Source of the DNA: a virus
Taxonomy: Duplodnaviria; Caudoviricetes
Direction: 5' to 3' (one strand)
IMG/VR virus record: IMGVR_UViG_3300043104_000334
Length of the DNA stretch: 64,000 nucleotides
Shown here: positions 48,180 to 59,113 of the stretch, in pieces
Layout: the number at the start of each line of letters is the position of its first letter
Numbering within the stretch: the stretch's first letter is position 1
Made by a program: the position numbers and the translations under genes
Notes under the pieces: generated by a model
Told to the model about the DNA's origin: nothing
Database searches by the model: none
Seen by the model: the letters and a program-made list of their open reading frames with translations, nothing else

Positions 48180-48638
48180 TTACTTAACCCAACGTTCTAC
48201 TTCCTCACCATTATAGTAGAGGTGCAGAACTTTGTTTCCATCAGAATCTTTCTTGATATCAATTGTAAATCCGATGGTACTAAGAGCATCCAGATTCTCC
48301 TGCTTATAGAAATCAGCTGGTTCCCACGTAAGGTAAATACGCCCAAACTCAATACGGATTTCATCGTCGGTTTTATACCACTTGATGTCCGTTTCCGGGT
48401 CATGCATGCCAAGCTTATTTGAATAATCATTAAGCTTCCCGGAACTCGTCATAAAACTTCTGATATATTCGATATTCGTTTCGGTAGAGTTCTGATTGTT
48501 AACATACCAGATAAGGTATACACAAGTTGCAATTACTACAATTGCACAGGGAATGAGAATATATTTCATTGTTCCCGCTCCCTGCATAAAATCTTTCTTC
48601 TTTGTTACTTTCCCAAGTTTACGTTTTGCCATAATCAT
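48180..48638 (-). CDS. Membrane-anchored hypothetical protein
   Basis: Single TM. Confidence 0.65.
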   Translation of the reverse strand: MIMAKRKLGKVTKKKDFMQGAGTMKYILIPCAIVVIATCVYLIWYVNNQNSTETNIEYIRSFMTSSGKLNDYSNKLGMHDPETDIKWYKTDDEIRIEFGRIYLTWEPADFYKQENLDALSTIGFTIDIKKDSDGNKVLHLYYNGEEVERWVK

Positions 48639-48892
48639 TCACCTCCATTAGTTTTCTTACTTCGTTCACTTTCAAGCCAAGCCTCAATCTCTTCATCACT
48701 AAGCCCTTCAACATTGTAAGCACTAATTTCTCCGTCATCTTCTGTGAGCTCGTATGAAACAGAATTAGCTTCCCTTGCTTCTTTCTGCAATTCATCAACA
48801 ACAATAAGAGTTCCCATAATGAGAACAATTGTTACAAATACACTTGATACTACAATCAATGTTTTGTTTTTGTGCCACAGATACTTAATCAT
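48635..48892 (-). CDS. Small membrane-anchored acidic protein
   Basis: Single TM, AGGAGG RBS. Confidence 0.6.
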   Translation of the reverse strand: MIKYLWHKNKTLIVVSSVFVTIVLIMGTLIVVDELQKEAREANSVSYELTEDDGEISAYNVEGLSDEEIEAWLESERSKKTNGGE

Positions 48893-49264
48893 TTATTTCC
48901 TCCTGTCAACGAGATACATCTCACTCATAAAATTATCCTCCTCAATCAGAAGAAAATCATATAAAGCACCGTCCTCAAGGTCTTTAAAGCAAACAGTACT
49001 CTTGCTTAAACTAAACCCTATGAACTGCAACGTTTTGAATGAATCTTGCAATTCCAGTTTGTAATCACAGATTACACGCAACATCCAAACCGGAATTTCT
49101 AATTCCATTGTCTCAGCATTTATGATAAGATCACGTAGCCCGAACATATCTCCCATAGGCTCAGGTGACTTCTTTCTTTTTCTTTTGTCTTTCATCACAA
49201 GTGCTGTTACACCACTTACCATTGTTACCATTGCTGTTACAAAAACTAGTTTTTTGTTCTTCAT
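48893..49264 (-). CDS. Hypothetical protein
   Basis: Start refined to MKNKKLV. Confidence 0.55.
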   Translation of the reverse strand: MKNKKLVFVTAMVTMVSGVTALVMKDKRKRKKSPEPMGDMFGLRDLIINAETMELEIPVWMLRVICDYKLELQDSFKTLQFIGFSLSKSTVCFKDLEDGALYDFLLIEEDNFMSEMYLVDRRK

Positions 49265-49283
49265 AAAAATTTCCATCCTTACT

Positions 49284-51023
49284 TTATTTGTGTTTCCATT
49301 GAGCATATAGCTTTATTGTTTTGTTGTTCTTTGTAGTTAAATTCTTTATCTTTGTTTCATCACTGTAGCTTATACCTGTACCATCCGCTTTAGTGTTCCA
49401 ACCAATAAATATGTAGTTCTTTCTAGTAAAGCTGCATGTAGGTAATCTATATGATTTTCCATACTTGCATACTTTGCTACTCATCGTTCCAGAACCACTA
49501 TTTGAATAAAATTTTATTTTATACGTATTTGGCATCCATTTCGCGTATAGTATATAATTCTTCTTTTTATTCTTTTGTATCTTAGTGACAGCCTTTGTCA
49601 AATCTTTGTCACTATACCATCCATCAAATGTGTAACCTAAACGTTCAGGCACCAACAATTTTGAGCCGGTAGATGGTAGATAATATTTAGTCTTACTCCC
49701 ATTATTGCTACCATCATTCATGTTATATTTTATTTTATAAGCACGTTCTGCAGATGTGATGCTACTATTTAGCTTGCCTTGTGTTGCTGCAACTGCCCTA
49801 ACCTTTGTATAATCGGTCACCGTAATCTTTCCACTATAAATGTAGGATTTACTACTCGCTACACTTGGAGTTGTTCCGTCGGTTGTATAATATATGATTG
49901 AATTGTTAGTCTTACAAGACATGGAAATACTATAACTAGTAATAATCTTTTTACCAGTCTTAGTGTCACTACTGTACACGGGAATAGCCTTTATTGTAAC
50001 ATTCTTTGTAACATCTGTTACTGCTGACAATGTACCAACATCATATTCATAACTATCTGTATCCATAGTACACTCAGGTAAGTACCCATCCCAATAAGAC
50101 AACGCTGTGTGATTCTCAACAGTATCTTTATACTTGCTATAGGCATAATCACTTCTTGCAAAATAAGTATAGTATGGTTCATCTTCTGATTCTTGATCAT
50201 CAAAAGTACAATCAACATTATACCATGAGCCATTCATTAAAACCTTATTCCACTCATGATTATACCCTGTTACAGATATACAGTCTACACCAATTGCATT
50301 ACACAACATTTCAAATACATGAGCATAACCAGCACACACAGTGCTATTAAAGCAAAGTGCACTATACGCACTTTGTGTTAAGTATATGTCATCCTTTTCA
50401 TTGTCTACCATTTTGTTTTCATCAAGCACATCATGATTGTATGTTATGTTTTCGCAAACTAAATCGTGTATTGACTTAACAGTATTTAAAACATCTGTAG
50501 TATCAATTTCGATCTCATTAATCCATGACTCGATAGCGTCTTTAAATAAAGCTGTAGCTTCAGCACGTTCAACACCATTTGCAAAACTACTATAGGACAC
50601 TAAGTAAATTCCATTGTGATTATCAAGATGCCCTGTCAGCACTGATGTCTGCAAATAGTAATATTGTGGATTAGAATATCTGAACATCCTTTCAACAAAT
50701 ACCTGTTGCTCTAATGTAAGTTCATCAGAATATATAAAATCAGAAATATAACGAGAGTTATATTCTGTAAAGTCCTTATTCGTATTCATGTATGTTAAAC
50801 ATAAGTTATTCAGCCTATCCCAGAAATCACGCTCAGGTTCATCAAGTTGATTGTAGAAATAGTATGTGGAAAATTTGTCCCAATAGGATGTATATGTTTC
50901 AGCCCGTTTAAATGTATTAACATACTGTATGTTTGTGCTACTACTCGCATATGCTATATTTGAACTACTAGTCAATGATAGCATTAGTACAAGTATTAAG
51001 CACTTCTTCAAATTTAAAAACAC
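49284..51023 (-). CDS. Secreted transglutaminase-like (Cys-His-Asp) protein with Fn3-associated domain and InlB-B/Listeria-Bacteroides repeats
   Basis: VCAGYA, HEWNKV, WYNVDCTFDD; IYYTTDGTTP; GYTFDGWY and FIGWNTKADGTG; probable GTG start after GGGAG. Confidence 0.8.
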   Translation of the reverse strand: MFLNLKKCLILVLMLSLTSSSNIAYASSSTNIQYVNTFKRAETYTSYWDKFSTYYFYNQLDEPERDFWDRLNNLCLTYMNTNKDFTEYNSRYISDFIYSDELTLEQQVFVERMFRYSNPQYYYLQTSVLTGHLDNHNGIYLVSYSSFANGVERAEATALFKDAIESWINEIEIDTTDVLNTVKSIHDLVCENITYNHDVLDENKMVDNEKDDIYLTQSAYSALCFNSTVCAGYAHVFEMLCNAIGVDCISVTGYNHEWNKVLMNGSWYNVDCTFDDQESEDEPYYTYFARSDYAYSKYKDTVENHTALSYWDGYLPECTMDTDSYEYDVGTLSAVTDVTKNVTIKAIPVYSSDTKTGKKIITSYSISMSCKTNNSIIYYTTDGTTPSVASSKSYIYSGKITVTDYTKVRAVAATQGKLNSSITSAERAYKIKYNMNDGSNNGSKTKYYLPSTGSKLLVPERLGYTFDGWYSDKDLTKAVTKIQKNKKKNYILYAKWMPNTYKIKFYSNSGSGTMSSKVCKYGKSYRLPTCSFTRKNYIFIGWNTKADGTGISYSDETKIKNLTTKNNKTIKLYAQWKHK

Positions 51024-51207
51024 AGCATACTCCCTTTCGCTATTTGCAGTGCTCATATAATATAAACAATCTCTAATGAGCACTGTAATAGTCAGTTGAA
51101 CAGTCAATGCCTATTCCGCATAATGTATACGAATATTACTGTGAATACACCAGAGAATATCGTTATAGCAATATCCAGAATAGTATTGATTGTATGTAAA
51201 CATTCTA

Positions 51208-51651
51208 TCATTTTAACATCTCCACAAATGTTATAAGATATTGAATCCTATCGTGAATAGTAAATCTATTACGATAGAAAAAGTGACATATAAGAATAGC
51301 AATTAAAATAGACATCATAATATTCTCAGATTTTGTAATCTTTAATTGCTTTCCTAAAATCCATGATATCCATGTTCGTATCACTATGATTCCAATAATT
51401 GGTGACATTATAAATAAAGCAGCATTACTGCTATATGCTGTCTCCCAGTCAAAGTGAGCCATAGCAATTAACATATGACTCACTCCACACCCTGGGCATA
51501 ACAATCCAGTTATCACATTAAACAAACATGGTATCCCAATATTAAATTTTGATACCGTAATCGCCTGTAATGACATTACAATGCATAAGCATGCAGTAAG
51601 TAACAGCCGCTGCTTCGGTGACTTAAGCCGTAGCGTTTGCATTGAGCTCAT
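51208..51651 (-). CDS. DUF2752-family membrane protein
   Basis: GIPCLF..ITGLLCPGCG. Confidence 0.85.
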   Translation of the reverse strand: MSSMQTLRLKSPKQRLLLTACLCIVMSLQAITVSKFNIGIPCLFNVITGLLCPGCGVSHMLIAMAHFDWETAYSSNAALFIMSPIIGIIVIRTWISWILGKQLKITKSENIMMSILIAILICHFFYRNRFTIHDRIQYLITFVEMLK

Positions 51652-51958
51652 TCTGCATAATGCAGTAGTTCACAATACCAAGACCGAAAATGGCAAGAAT
51701 CAAGAATAAGATGGTATTGTTTCCACCCTTGATGCTGTCCATCTTTACACCCATTTTGTAATTCCAGTACCACCCATAGATACCGCAGGTGATAATAGTA
51801 AACAGGAATGCTTTCCCTCCGGTTGTCTGATAGTCATCATCCGGTGTAAGAGTATTCATGTCATTCGTGATACATACGAACCAATAGATTCCATAGATAC
51901 CACACGTGATGATACTCAATATGATCTGCACTACAATGTTACGATTTTTAATTTCCAT
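51623..51958 (-). CDS. DUF4234-family membrane protein
   Basis: Duplicated IITCGIYG.YW. Confidence 0.85.
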   Translation of the reverse strand: MEIKNRNIVVQIILSIITCGIYGIYWFVCITNDMNTLTPDDDYQTTGGKAFLFTIITCGIYGWYWNYKMGVKMDSIKGGNNTILFLILAIFGLGIVNYCIMQNELNANATA

Positions 51959-52034
51959 GTTTTTTAATTACCTTTCTTTTATACTTAACTCCTTAAAATA
52001 TGCTCAGGGATTCATATCTAAGAAATTAGTTACC

Positions 52035-52397
52035 TTATAATTCGATTGTAAATAACTCGTTAGTTGATAAGATACCGAATGTGTATGTATTCTCATCATA
52101 ATCGTCAAGATACAGTGTGTCATCTGATATATTGTTTTCGATACAATATTCATAGCACCTTTCTGTAAGAATATCGAGAACACTCTCAGATAAACTTTCA
52201 GTGTCAATGATGCTTACGCTAATGTTACTAAGCGACAGCACATTATCTTCATGCGAGAAACCATCCTCTTGTATCACTGAATCCTCTGTATCGCTTACAT
52301 AAGATTCATATTCAGCAGAAGATTTCTTGCTGTACAGATATACACACAGTATCATCATAACAACCACAAGTAAACATAACAAGACTTTCTTCTTCAT
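52035..52397 (-). CDS. Small membrane-anchored partner of the M15 peptidase
   Basis: TM followed by YESYVSDTED. Confidence 0.7.
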   Translation of the reverse strand: MKKKVLLCLLVVVMMILCVYLYSKKSSAEYESYVSDTEDSVIQEDGFSHEDNVLSLSNISVSIIDTESLSESVLDILTERCYEYCIENNISDDTLYLDDYDENTYTFGILSTNELFTIEL

Positions 52398-52405
52398 AAT
52401 TCACC

Positions 52406-53425
52406 TCAATGATTAAACACTGAGAAGTGCATTGGGTCACATGAACTCTTTCCCCAGTTACCTCTCCAGTATAATCCGTATTTTTCAAATATTTGCATTA
52501 TTGTACACCCCTTATATATGCAAGTGTATTTGTACTGGTTATCAGTCAGCTTGGACCAATTCTCATAAGACCTTGGATATGGTCTATCAGACGAGCCATT
52601 GTTTGTATTCCAATTCCAAGATACCTCATTTCCTTTTTGGTCACTATAGTTTATATCTATAGTACCACCATACGAATGAGTTGAAGTTGAATGACTGCTG
52701 CTAGAATTATTCATCTCTCTTACACAATATCCACCAGCAACAGTAATCACAGGTTGATCAGCGCTTTCATATATCTCTTTAAAAATCTGCTTTATGATAG
52801 GTTGCAATGTAGTACAACACTGAACATTTATTGTAGCCGATACCTTAGTAAGATCTGTACTCGTCGGATTAGGGTTTGCCCATTGCCAAACATCAACCTG
52901 AATAGAACTCATAGCCTGACTATTCAAACTCCTAATGGTACTACCAGTTATACTATCACCTTGCCACTGTTTCAAGTCTGAATACGTATATGATGAGTTT
53001 GGATATAACAATGCAAATACTGCATTACAAGACTTTGTACTTCCACTACTACTACCAGCAGCTTGAGCTGTTTGCACAGCAGCTAATAACTCATTCAAGT
53101 CTGTTGGAACATCTGCAGATATTGTTGCTGAACCTGTTGAACCAATTGAACTAGCCAAATTATATGAACCTGATGCCATTTCGTCAGCATCATCCTCTGA
53201 CATACCAATAGACAAGGCTAAACTTGTGTCCCCAGTTAGACCTGTATAGGACTGTACAAATATAAGATTCTTAGATAAACCTGAAGTACTATCAGGTTTA
53301 ATAGAGTCATACGTTTCGAGAATGCTATCATTTGATGATGTACCAATAAGCAGATATATAGCAACCACAAACCCTATAAGAGTTACCAAGAATCTGAACA
53401 GTTTAAATAATGATTTAGTATTCAT
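52406..53425 (-). CDS. Membrane-anchored M15-family peptidoglycan peptidase
   Basis: GGYCVR, STHSYGGTIDIN, WRGNW..DPMHF. Confidence 0.85.
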   Translation of the reverse strand: MNTKSLFKLFRFLVTLIGFVVAIYLLIGTSSNDSILETYDSIKPDSTSGLSKNLIFVQSYTGLTGDTSLALSIGMSEDDADEMASGSYNLASSIGSTGSATISADVPTDLNELLAAVQTAQAAGSSSGSTKSCNAVFALLYPNSSYTYSDLKQWQGDSITGSTIRSLNSQAMSSIQVDVWQWANPNPTSTDLTKVSATINVQCCTTLQPIIKQIFKEIYESADQPVITVAGGYCVREMNNSSSSHSTSTHSYGGTIDINYSDQKGNEVSWNWNTNNGSSDRPYPRSYENWSKLTDNQYKYTCIYKGCTIMQIFEKYGLYWRGNWGKSSCDPMHFSVFNH

Positions 53426-53459
53426 AGTGTCTCCTTATAGAATTTGTAAATGCGAAATG

Positions 53460-53843
53460 CTAATTTCTAAATATTGTATAGTACAAGTTTTCCTCTGCGT
53501 CATACAAGATATCCTGCTCCTTATCACCAATCAAGCACTCAATTGTTTTTGTATCTTCATCAAAAGAAACAAAGGTACAGTTACTCCAATCAATTGCTTC
53601 ATCCGGAAATGTGTTTATGAATACTTCAAGATATTCCGGATCGATTGCACTGACTGCATCTTCATTGTTGACGAATACTTTATTTGATGTCATCTCAGAA
53701 ATAGCGACACCGTCCTCCGAATCATAGGATTCAGTGTCATTTTTAATATATTGTTCATAACTTGCATCCTTACTCATTAGTATGACAACAACAGCGCAAA
53801 CTAATACAATAGTAGTAATGAGCAACGGAATTATTTTCTTCAT
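53460..53843 (-). CDS. Small membrane-anchored partner of the C39-like peptidase
   Basis: TM followed by YEQYIKNDTES. Confidence 0.7.
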   Translation of the reverse strand: MKKIIPLLITTIVLVCAVVVILMSKDASYEQYIKNDTESYDSEDGVAISEMTSNKVFVNNEDAVSAIDPEYLEVFINTFPDEAIDWSNCTFVSFDEDTKTIECLIGDKEQDILYDAEENLYYTIFRN

Positions 53844-53845
53844 GC

Positions 53846-54775
53846 TTACCCAACCTTTCTTATTACCCAGTATCCCTTGAAATGATAATTGTATCCTTTG
53901 TGGGATGTTGCGAGGTTTCCGCTGGAGTCATATAATGGATAGTCATAAGTACTCACTGTATCATACGATACGCTGAGATGATTCTTTGCCTTAGTAGAAC
54001 TATCTGCTACATGAAATGATTTTCCATCATCACTCAAATCAGTTATACAAATTATATGACCACCATCAGTAAATAATCCACTACTTGAACTGACAAGGAT
54101 AGCAGTATTAGCATCACCCGCATATTTTTCAATTGCTCGCATTACAACTGAACAACCCACTGTGCTCGATGAATACTCAACCATTTCATATGTGCCATAT
54201 GTTCCTTTACTATTTAGTTCCGTAACAAATGTTGTTGGACCATCCCAACCCATACCATTTGAGTTACCCCACCCAGCTCTTACAGTACTAGGGAATTGAC
54301 TTTTGAAATCTGGTGGAGAAATAATTGTTCCGGACAACTCAGCTATAACGAATGTCATACTACAAAGTCCACAGCCATTATTACTAATATTACCACTTGG
54401 CCCAAGTGATGTACTAGCATAATTTGATTGTTGTACCTGATAATGATTATGATTAGAACTATCATGGGGTGAATTACCTGCAGTGTCATTTGCATTCTTA
54501 CTCACTGAACCATAGGTGCCCGCAGCCATTTCTTGTGCATCAGATTCTGATACACCAACCGATAAAGCAAGACTTGTATCTCCTGTAAGACCAGTATACG
54601 ACTTTAGGAAAACAAGTGTCTTAGATAATCCTGAAGTACTATCTGGTTTAAGAGAATTATACGTTGCAATTATACTACTATCCGATGATGCACCAATCAT
54701 AAGATACACAGCAATAACAAATCCCAGTATTATCATAAGGAATTTAAATATCTTTGCTAATATCCTACCACGCAT
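53846..54775 (-). CDS. Membrane-anchored C39-like cysteine peptidase
   Basis: Q...NNGCGLCSM, FTDGGHII, VADS. Confidence 0.8.
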   Translation of the reverse strand: MRGRILAKIFKFLMIILGFVIAVYLMIGASSDSSIIATYNSLKPDSTSGLSKTLVFLKSYTGLTGDTSLALSVGVSESDAQEMAAGTYGSVSKNANDTAGNSPHDSSNHNHYQVQQSNYASTSLGPSGNISNNGCGLCSMTFVIAELSGTIISPPDFKSQFPSTVRAGWGNSNGMGWDGPTTFVTELNSKGTYGTYEMVEYSSSTVGCSVVMRAIEKYAGDANTAILVSSSSGLFTDGGHIICITDLSDDGKSFHVADSSTKAKNHLSVSYDTVSTYDYPLYDSSGNLATSHKGYNYHFKGYWVIRKVG

Positions 54776-54783
54776 AATTCCTC

Positions 54784-55842
54784 CTATAATCCAGATGTGT
54801 AATAGTACTTATAGAATATATATCTAAGCACATGTGATATTGTATAGTTGCCTTTGTTGGTTCTGCCAACGCCACCATGATAAGATGAGAAATCGATTCC
54901 TGTAATATTCTCAAGTTGTGTTACATAAGTCTTAACGTTGATATCGTCTAAGGTTATCTCTCTGTTATAAGCTTTCTCCCTAGCATCAACAAACATCTGG
55001 TATCCTACCTGATATATTGCATCTTGTACGTCTTGTCTGTTAATAACGTTAATAAGCTTTTTACCGAAGTCATACGTAATAAGTGCACATCCTTGCTGAG
55101 CTAAAGCCCAACAAGCATACACCGTAATATCACTAATAGGGTCAATTCCACAATTTATCCATGTAGTACTATATTGCCTAAGCGATGTTGTATAACTCCA
55201 AATAGGATTAACTCTATTATCTAAATGACTTTCATCCCAGTCATATGTAGTTATCTGGAATGGACCAACACCAAGTCCTGTCATAGCAGACGTTACCCTG
55301 CTTCCACTTCTAGGGGATTGCAATAACGCCACCGGAATACGATAACATTTGCCATCCTCGTTTGTATTGTAATTGGACTCAGTGTTTGCCATATACCAAG
55401 CACTGTCTACCTGTTCAAGATTTTTGGTAAGAGTAATCCAATCAATTTCCTTGTTATAAGTAGCTGGATTAAAATCCATTACATTTGTTAGACTGATGCC
55501 TTTATAGTCGGAATCAATTTCACCCCACATAGTAGCAAGGGCCATGCATGGGTTAATAGTTTCCAAAGCCATCTTATACATAGCAGTATTCTTGTCGCCG
55601 TATATTTCCTTAAGAGTCTGCGAATTAACACTCGCTAATGAGTAGTAAATGTTTTCATCAACTGTTGTAAGGTATTCACCAAACACATCATCAATAGCTA
55701 CAACAGACTGTGTTGTAAGCGTAACCTTATTGACAGTACTCTTAGTACTCGTATCAGCCACAGCTTCGTTAGGCTTGATACAAGCACACACAAGCAACGC
55801 TAACACTTGTATTACAACAAATAATTTGACTACTTCTTTCAT
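54784..55842 (-). CDS. Exported protein, possible lysozyme-like fold
   Basis: Signal peptide; ATMWGE and GLGVGPFQIT. Confidence 0.45.
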   Translation of the reverse strand: MKEVVKLFVVIQVLALLVCACIKPNEAVADTSTKSTVNKVTLTTQSVVAIDDVFGEYLTTVDENIYYSLASVNSQTLKEIYGDKNTAMYKMALETINPCMALATMWGEIDSDYKGISLTNVMDFNPATYNKEIDWITLTKNLEQVDSAWYMANTESNYNTNEDGKCYRIPVALLQSPRSGSRVTSAMTGLGVGPFQITTYDWDESHLDNRVNPIWSYTTSLRQYSTTWINCGIDPISDITVYACWALAQQGCALITYDFGKKLINVINRQDVQDAIYQVGYQMFVDAREKAYNREITLDDINVKTYVTQLENITGIDFSSYHGGVGRTNKGNYTISHVLRYIFYKYYYTSGL

Positions 55843-56954
55843 TATAAATCATGCTCCGTAAAATACTTATAGATAGCATTTGCATATTTAAGACGCTTAC
55901 TACCACTACACGAACTCTGTACGAGGTAATACTTATTACCGGACTTACTCCACTGATCTTTGCAGTTCTTGTAATTCTCATATGTAATTGCTACACGACC
56001 AGTAGCATCCTCTATTGTTGTTGCGTCATAAATATTGTCAAATACATTATAGACTTTTAATTCCTCAATAATCATACAGCACTCAGCTGTAATCATAGTG
56101 GCTTCAAAGTCACTTGGGAACTGTTCATTTGCAAGCTCGTAGTACTCGAGCAAGGATTGCTGTCTTCTTGAATAAGTCCATTGTACACAGCCATACCCAT
56201 ACTTTCCACCACGACAGGTATCCCTAACCTGCTCCATATTTGTACTGCATTCATAGGAACCTTGCTTCATTGCGAAACACCCCTCTACGTAAATGTTCCC
56301 TAAGATACCAGCAGCATTCTCAGCAGGAACACCTTGTTGATTTACCAAGAAATCCCATAAGACTGCAATGGTGTTAATCTTATCTTTACAATCCCAATCA
56401 GGGGTTTCGTATTCAGTATTGTAAATCTCAACAAGTCTCTCAGTGTTAATGTTTACAGGTTCACTGTCATAAAGTGTACATCCACGGTCCTCAAGTTTTA
56501 TACTTCCGATAATAACTGAACTATCATAATAAGGAGAACTGAGAACATCATTCTCTTCATCAATAATTGTAGCCAGCTCATTCAGGTTAACCGTGCCAGA
56601 CTTAGCATCTTCATTATCAAGAGCTTTTACTTCGGTATCCCTAAGTTTGTAGAATGTACTAGATACACCGGCAACAGGAATATCAGATACACTGTTAAGT
56701 AGTTTAGCCTCACTGTAAATATTGATAAGGCGCAACGATACCCCTGCCGTTGTTTCTGCAGATTGACTTACCTCAATAAGCTCAATTACATCAGTGCCAG
56801 AGTCATCACACAAATTGTATAAATCACTTAATGAGGCAAGACTGCTACAGAATACATAAAGGTTCAACACAAATATCAACACGATAATCGTGTTACCAAC
56901 CTTTGCCAACGCGCTTCCATGTTTCATTACTACATCACTCAGTTTCTTAATCAT
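55842..56954 (-). CDS. Phage-tail-lysozyme-family muramidase
   Basis: AAGILGNIYVEG, GYGCVQWT..RRQ.L, YE, R..YA. Confidence 0.85.
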   Translation of the reverse strand: MIKKLSDVVMKHGSALAKVGNTIIVLIFVLNLYVFCSSLASLSDLYNLCDDSGTDVIELIEVSQSAETTAGVSLRLINIYSEAKLLNSVSDIPVAGVSSTFYKLRDTEVKALDNEDAKSGTVNLNELATIIDEENDVLSSPYYDSSVIIGSIKLEDRGCTLYDSEPVNINTERLVEIYNTEYETPDWDCKDKINTIAVLWDFLVNQQGVPAENAAGILGNIYVEGCFAMKQGSYECSTNMEQVRDTCRGGKYGYGCVQWTYSRRQQSLLEYYELANEQFPSDFEATMITAECCMIIEELKVYNVFDNIYDATTIEDATGRVAITYENYKNCKDQWSKSGNKYYLVQSSCSGSKRLKYANAIYKYFTEHDL

Positions 56955-56986
56955 CTTTTCGATTCTCCCATCTTTTCGATTTGATT

Positions 56987-57412
56987 TTATTCTTCAGCAT
57001 AGCTTCGATAAATAGTGCTAAGCATTTTCATTGCAGTCTCATTTAAGAACGTTCCTGCATCATAGTCAAACACATAATCGAAGTTGTACGTGAATTTGTT
57101 TCCATTATACATGGCAGATACAATAGGTTGCCCACCCTGCAACTTAGCCCGAACTTTCATAAGAGCAATACCAACGAAGTTCTTTGCAATCTTATGTTTG
57201 CACCGTTCACAATAGCAACATCCAAGCATCGAGTCATGTATGTGTGTCGAGTCATAGACAAGCATAGACTCACCGGTTTCGAGAAGTTCATTCCGATACT
57301 TTTCGTTACCAAGACACTTAAGGTAAACTACCCTAATAATGTCCTTGACATTTGTGTACTTGTCAAACTCACCATCATGAACCAATGTTTTACTTACTTT
57401 AACTATGTTCAT
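56987..57412 (-). CDS. Truncated NADAR-like protein
   Basis: K...NEKYRNELLETGESMLV...HDSMLG..KNFVGIALMKVR. Confidence 0.7.
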   Translation of the reverse strand: MNIVKVSKTLVHDGEFDKYTNVKDIIRVVYLKCLGNEKYRNELLETGESMLVYDSTHIHDSMLGCCYCERCKHKIAKNFVGIALMKVRAKLQGGQPIVSAMYNGNKFTYNFDYVFDYDAGTFLNETAMKMLSTIYRSYAEE

Positions 57413-57423
57413 CAGATCCTCCT

Positions 57424-57822
57424 TTAATAATCATATTTATCACCTGCATTGACTGTAAGCTTACCATCAGAATCAATTGTGATAGAGTACATTCTACTAT
57501 TATAATAGAACAATGCACTATACCCATTTTCCTCTGTGTAGTACACCCAATTACACTCAGCAGCTACATCATAAGGGATACCATAGACTTCAAGAACTTT
57601 CTCATTTTCTGTAAGCACACTCGCAATGAAATTATCATCCGCATCCGTTGTACTTGTGATGTCAATCTGATTAGCCTCAGTGTCTTCTGCTACATAATCA
57701 GCATACTGATTTCTCTGCTTCGATTGATAAACCCATAAAGCAAAACAGATAGTCGCAAATACAAGAAATACGATGATATCCCTTATTACTTTTGTATTCA
57801 ATCTAATTTCTTTACGTTCCAT
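57424..57822 (-). CDS. Small membrane-anchored partner of the lysozyme 57837-59105
   Basis: TM followed by YADYVAEDTEA. Confidence 0.7.
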   Translation of the reverse strand: MERKEIRLNTKVIRDIIVFLVFATICFALWVYQSKQRNQYADYVAEDTEANQIDITSTTDADDNFIASVLTENEKVLEVYGIPYDVAAECNWVYYTEENGYSALFYYNSRMYSITIDSDGKLTVNAGDKYDY

Positions 57823-57836
57823 ATTTCCTGTTCTCC

Positions 57837-59105
57837 TTACTTTAATATATTCTCGTACACAAATATTGCTATACCACACCGCTTCTCCCAGCCACCAATT
57901 TCTTCACGTTCGTCATAACTAACCTGACTTGCGCAATAATGTGTCCTGCCGCGTTTGTACTGAGATTTAAGTGCACACCGCTCATCCTTACTTGCAAAAT
58001 AATATGTAGCCTGTTCAACACTATTGGCATTTTCATTAAACGTTTTAGCATCACTTGCCTGATAACTAGCTTTCATATACGTCAATATATATTCACATTG
58101 AAAGTTTGCATCGTACCACTGTACTCCTTTATCAATTGCCGCTTGAACTATTTCCTTTGCAGTTCCTCCATCCCACTGTAATACACCTATCGCTTTGCCA
58201 TTCTTAAAATCACCAGTTATCTTATTATTAACTATTTTAGCAGCTCCTCCACTCGCCCAATTAACTACTTCCTCATTTGACATTGGGCCATTGCTGCTAG
58301 GTGTTTCTTCTGCACCTTGTCTACATCCCATATAGTACCCACACTCAGCATAGAAGTTACCAAGAACCCCGGCTATAGCATTTTTATTATATCCAGCAGC
58401 AGCTAACGTATTTGTGACAGCTACCATATTTTTTATTAAATCTGTCGCACCGTCTGGCGCTACAAGCAGTGACGTCATATAATCCTGACCGTTATCATCT
58501 ACTGTAGCACCATGTAACGTATTTGTTTGATACAACCCAGGATATTTACTATCCCAATTTGTATTAGTAAATGAAATTGTTATAGGGTCTCCTGTAAGTC
58601 CAGAGAAATCACCAACGCCAAGACTTGTACCACCTGATGAAACAGTTGATGAAGAACTGGTACCGGCTTCCGCAGTAGCCATATCAGCATCTTCCTGCTG
58701 AACATCACTGCTCATAGTAAGCGTAACAGTTGTTGTGCCATCAGCATTTACTGTCACGTAAAATAACTTTTTATCAAATCCATTCTTTGAATTGCTAACA
58801 CGAGCCGTAAGAGACGTATACTGGTCTACAAGTTTGTCCAATGAGACATTGGCGGACACAATAAGGTATATTGTTATGACTACAATCAATCCAACAACTA
58901 CTAAGCTGATAGTCGGATTAAATAATATAAATGTCAGTATACTAGGCTTATGCTTTGTTGGACCTTTTTCAGCTATCTTAGCATCCCTAGCAGCCTTTCT
59001 CGCTTGTGCTCTCTTTTCCCACTTTGAATAAACCTTTACAGACTCGGTTATTGTCTCCTCACCGTGGTCAGTCATGGTAGTGACTTGTCTCATTTCATAC
59101 TTCAT
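57837..59105 (-). CDS. Membrane-anchored phage-tail-lysozyme-family muramidase
   Basis: AIAGVLGNFYAECG, AIGVLQW, FASKDER. Confidence 0.8.
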   Translation of the reverse strand: MKYEMRQVTTMTDHGEETITESVKVYSKWEKRAQARKAARDAKIAEKGPTKHKPSILTFILFNPTISLVVVGLIVVITIYLIVSANVSLDKLVDQYTSLTARVSNSKNGFDKKLFYVTVNADGTTTVTLTMSSDVQQEDADMATAEAGTSSSSTVSSGGTSLGVGDFSGLTGDPITISFTNTNWDSKYPGLYQTNTLHGATVDDNGQDYMTSLLVAPDGATDLIKNMVAVTNTLAAAGYNKNAIAGVLGNFYAECGYYMGCRQGAEETPSSNGPMSNEEVVNWASGGAAKIVNNKITGDFKNGKAIGVLQWDGGTAKEIVQAAIDKGVQWYDANFQCEYILTYMKASYQASDAKTFNENANSVEQATYYFASKDERCALKSQYKRGRTHYCASQVSYDEREEIGGWEKRCGIAIFVYENILK

Positions 59106-59113
59106 ATTATCAC

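Noticed and set aside
56952-56981. 13-bp direct repeat CATCTTTTCGATT
   Set aside because: Only two copies around one RBS; likely a local duplication, not iterons
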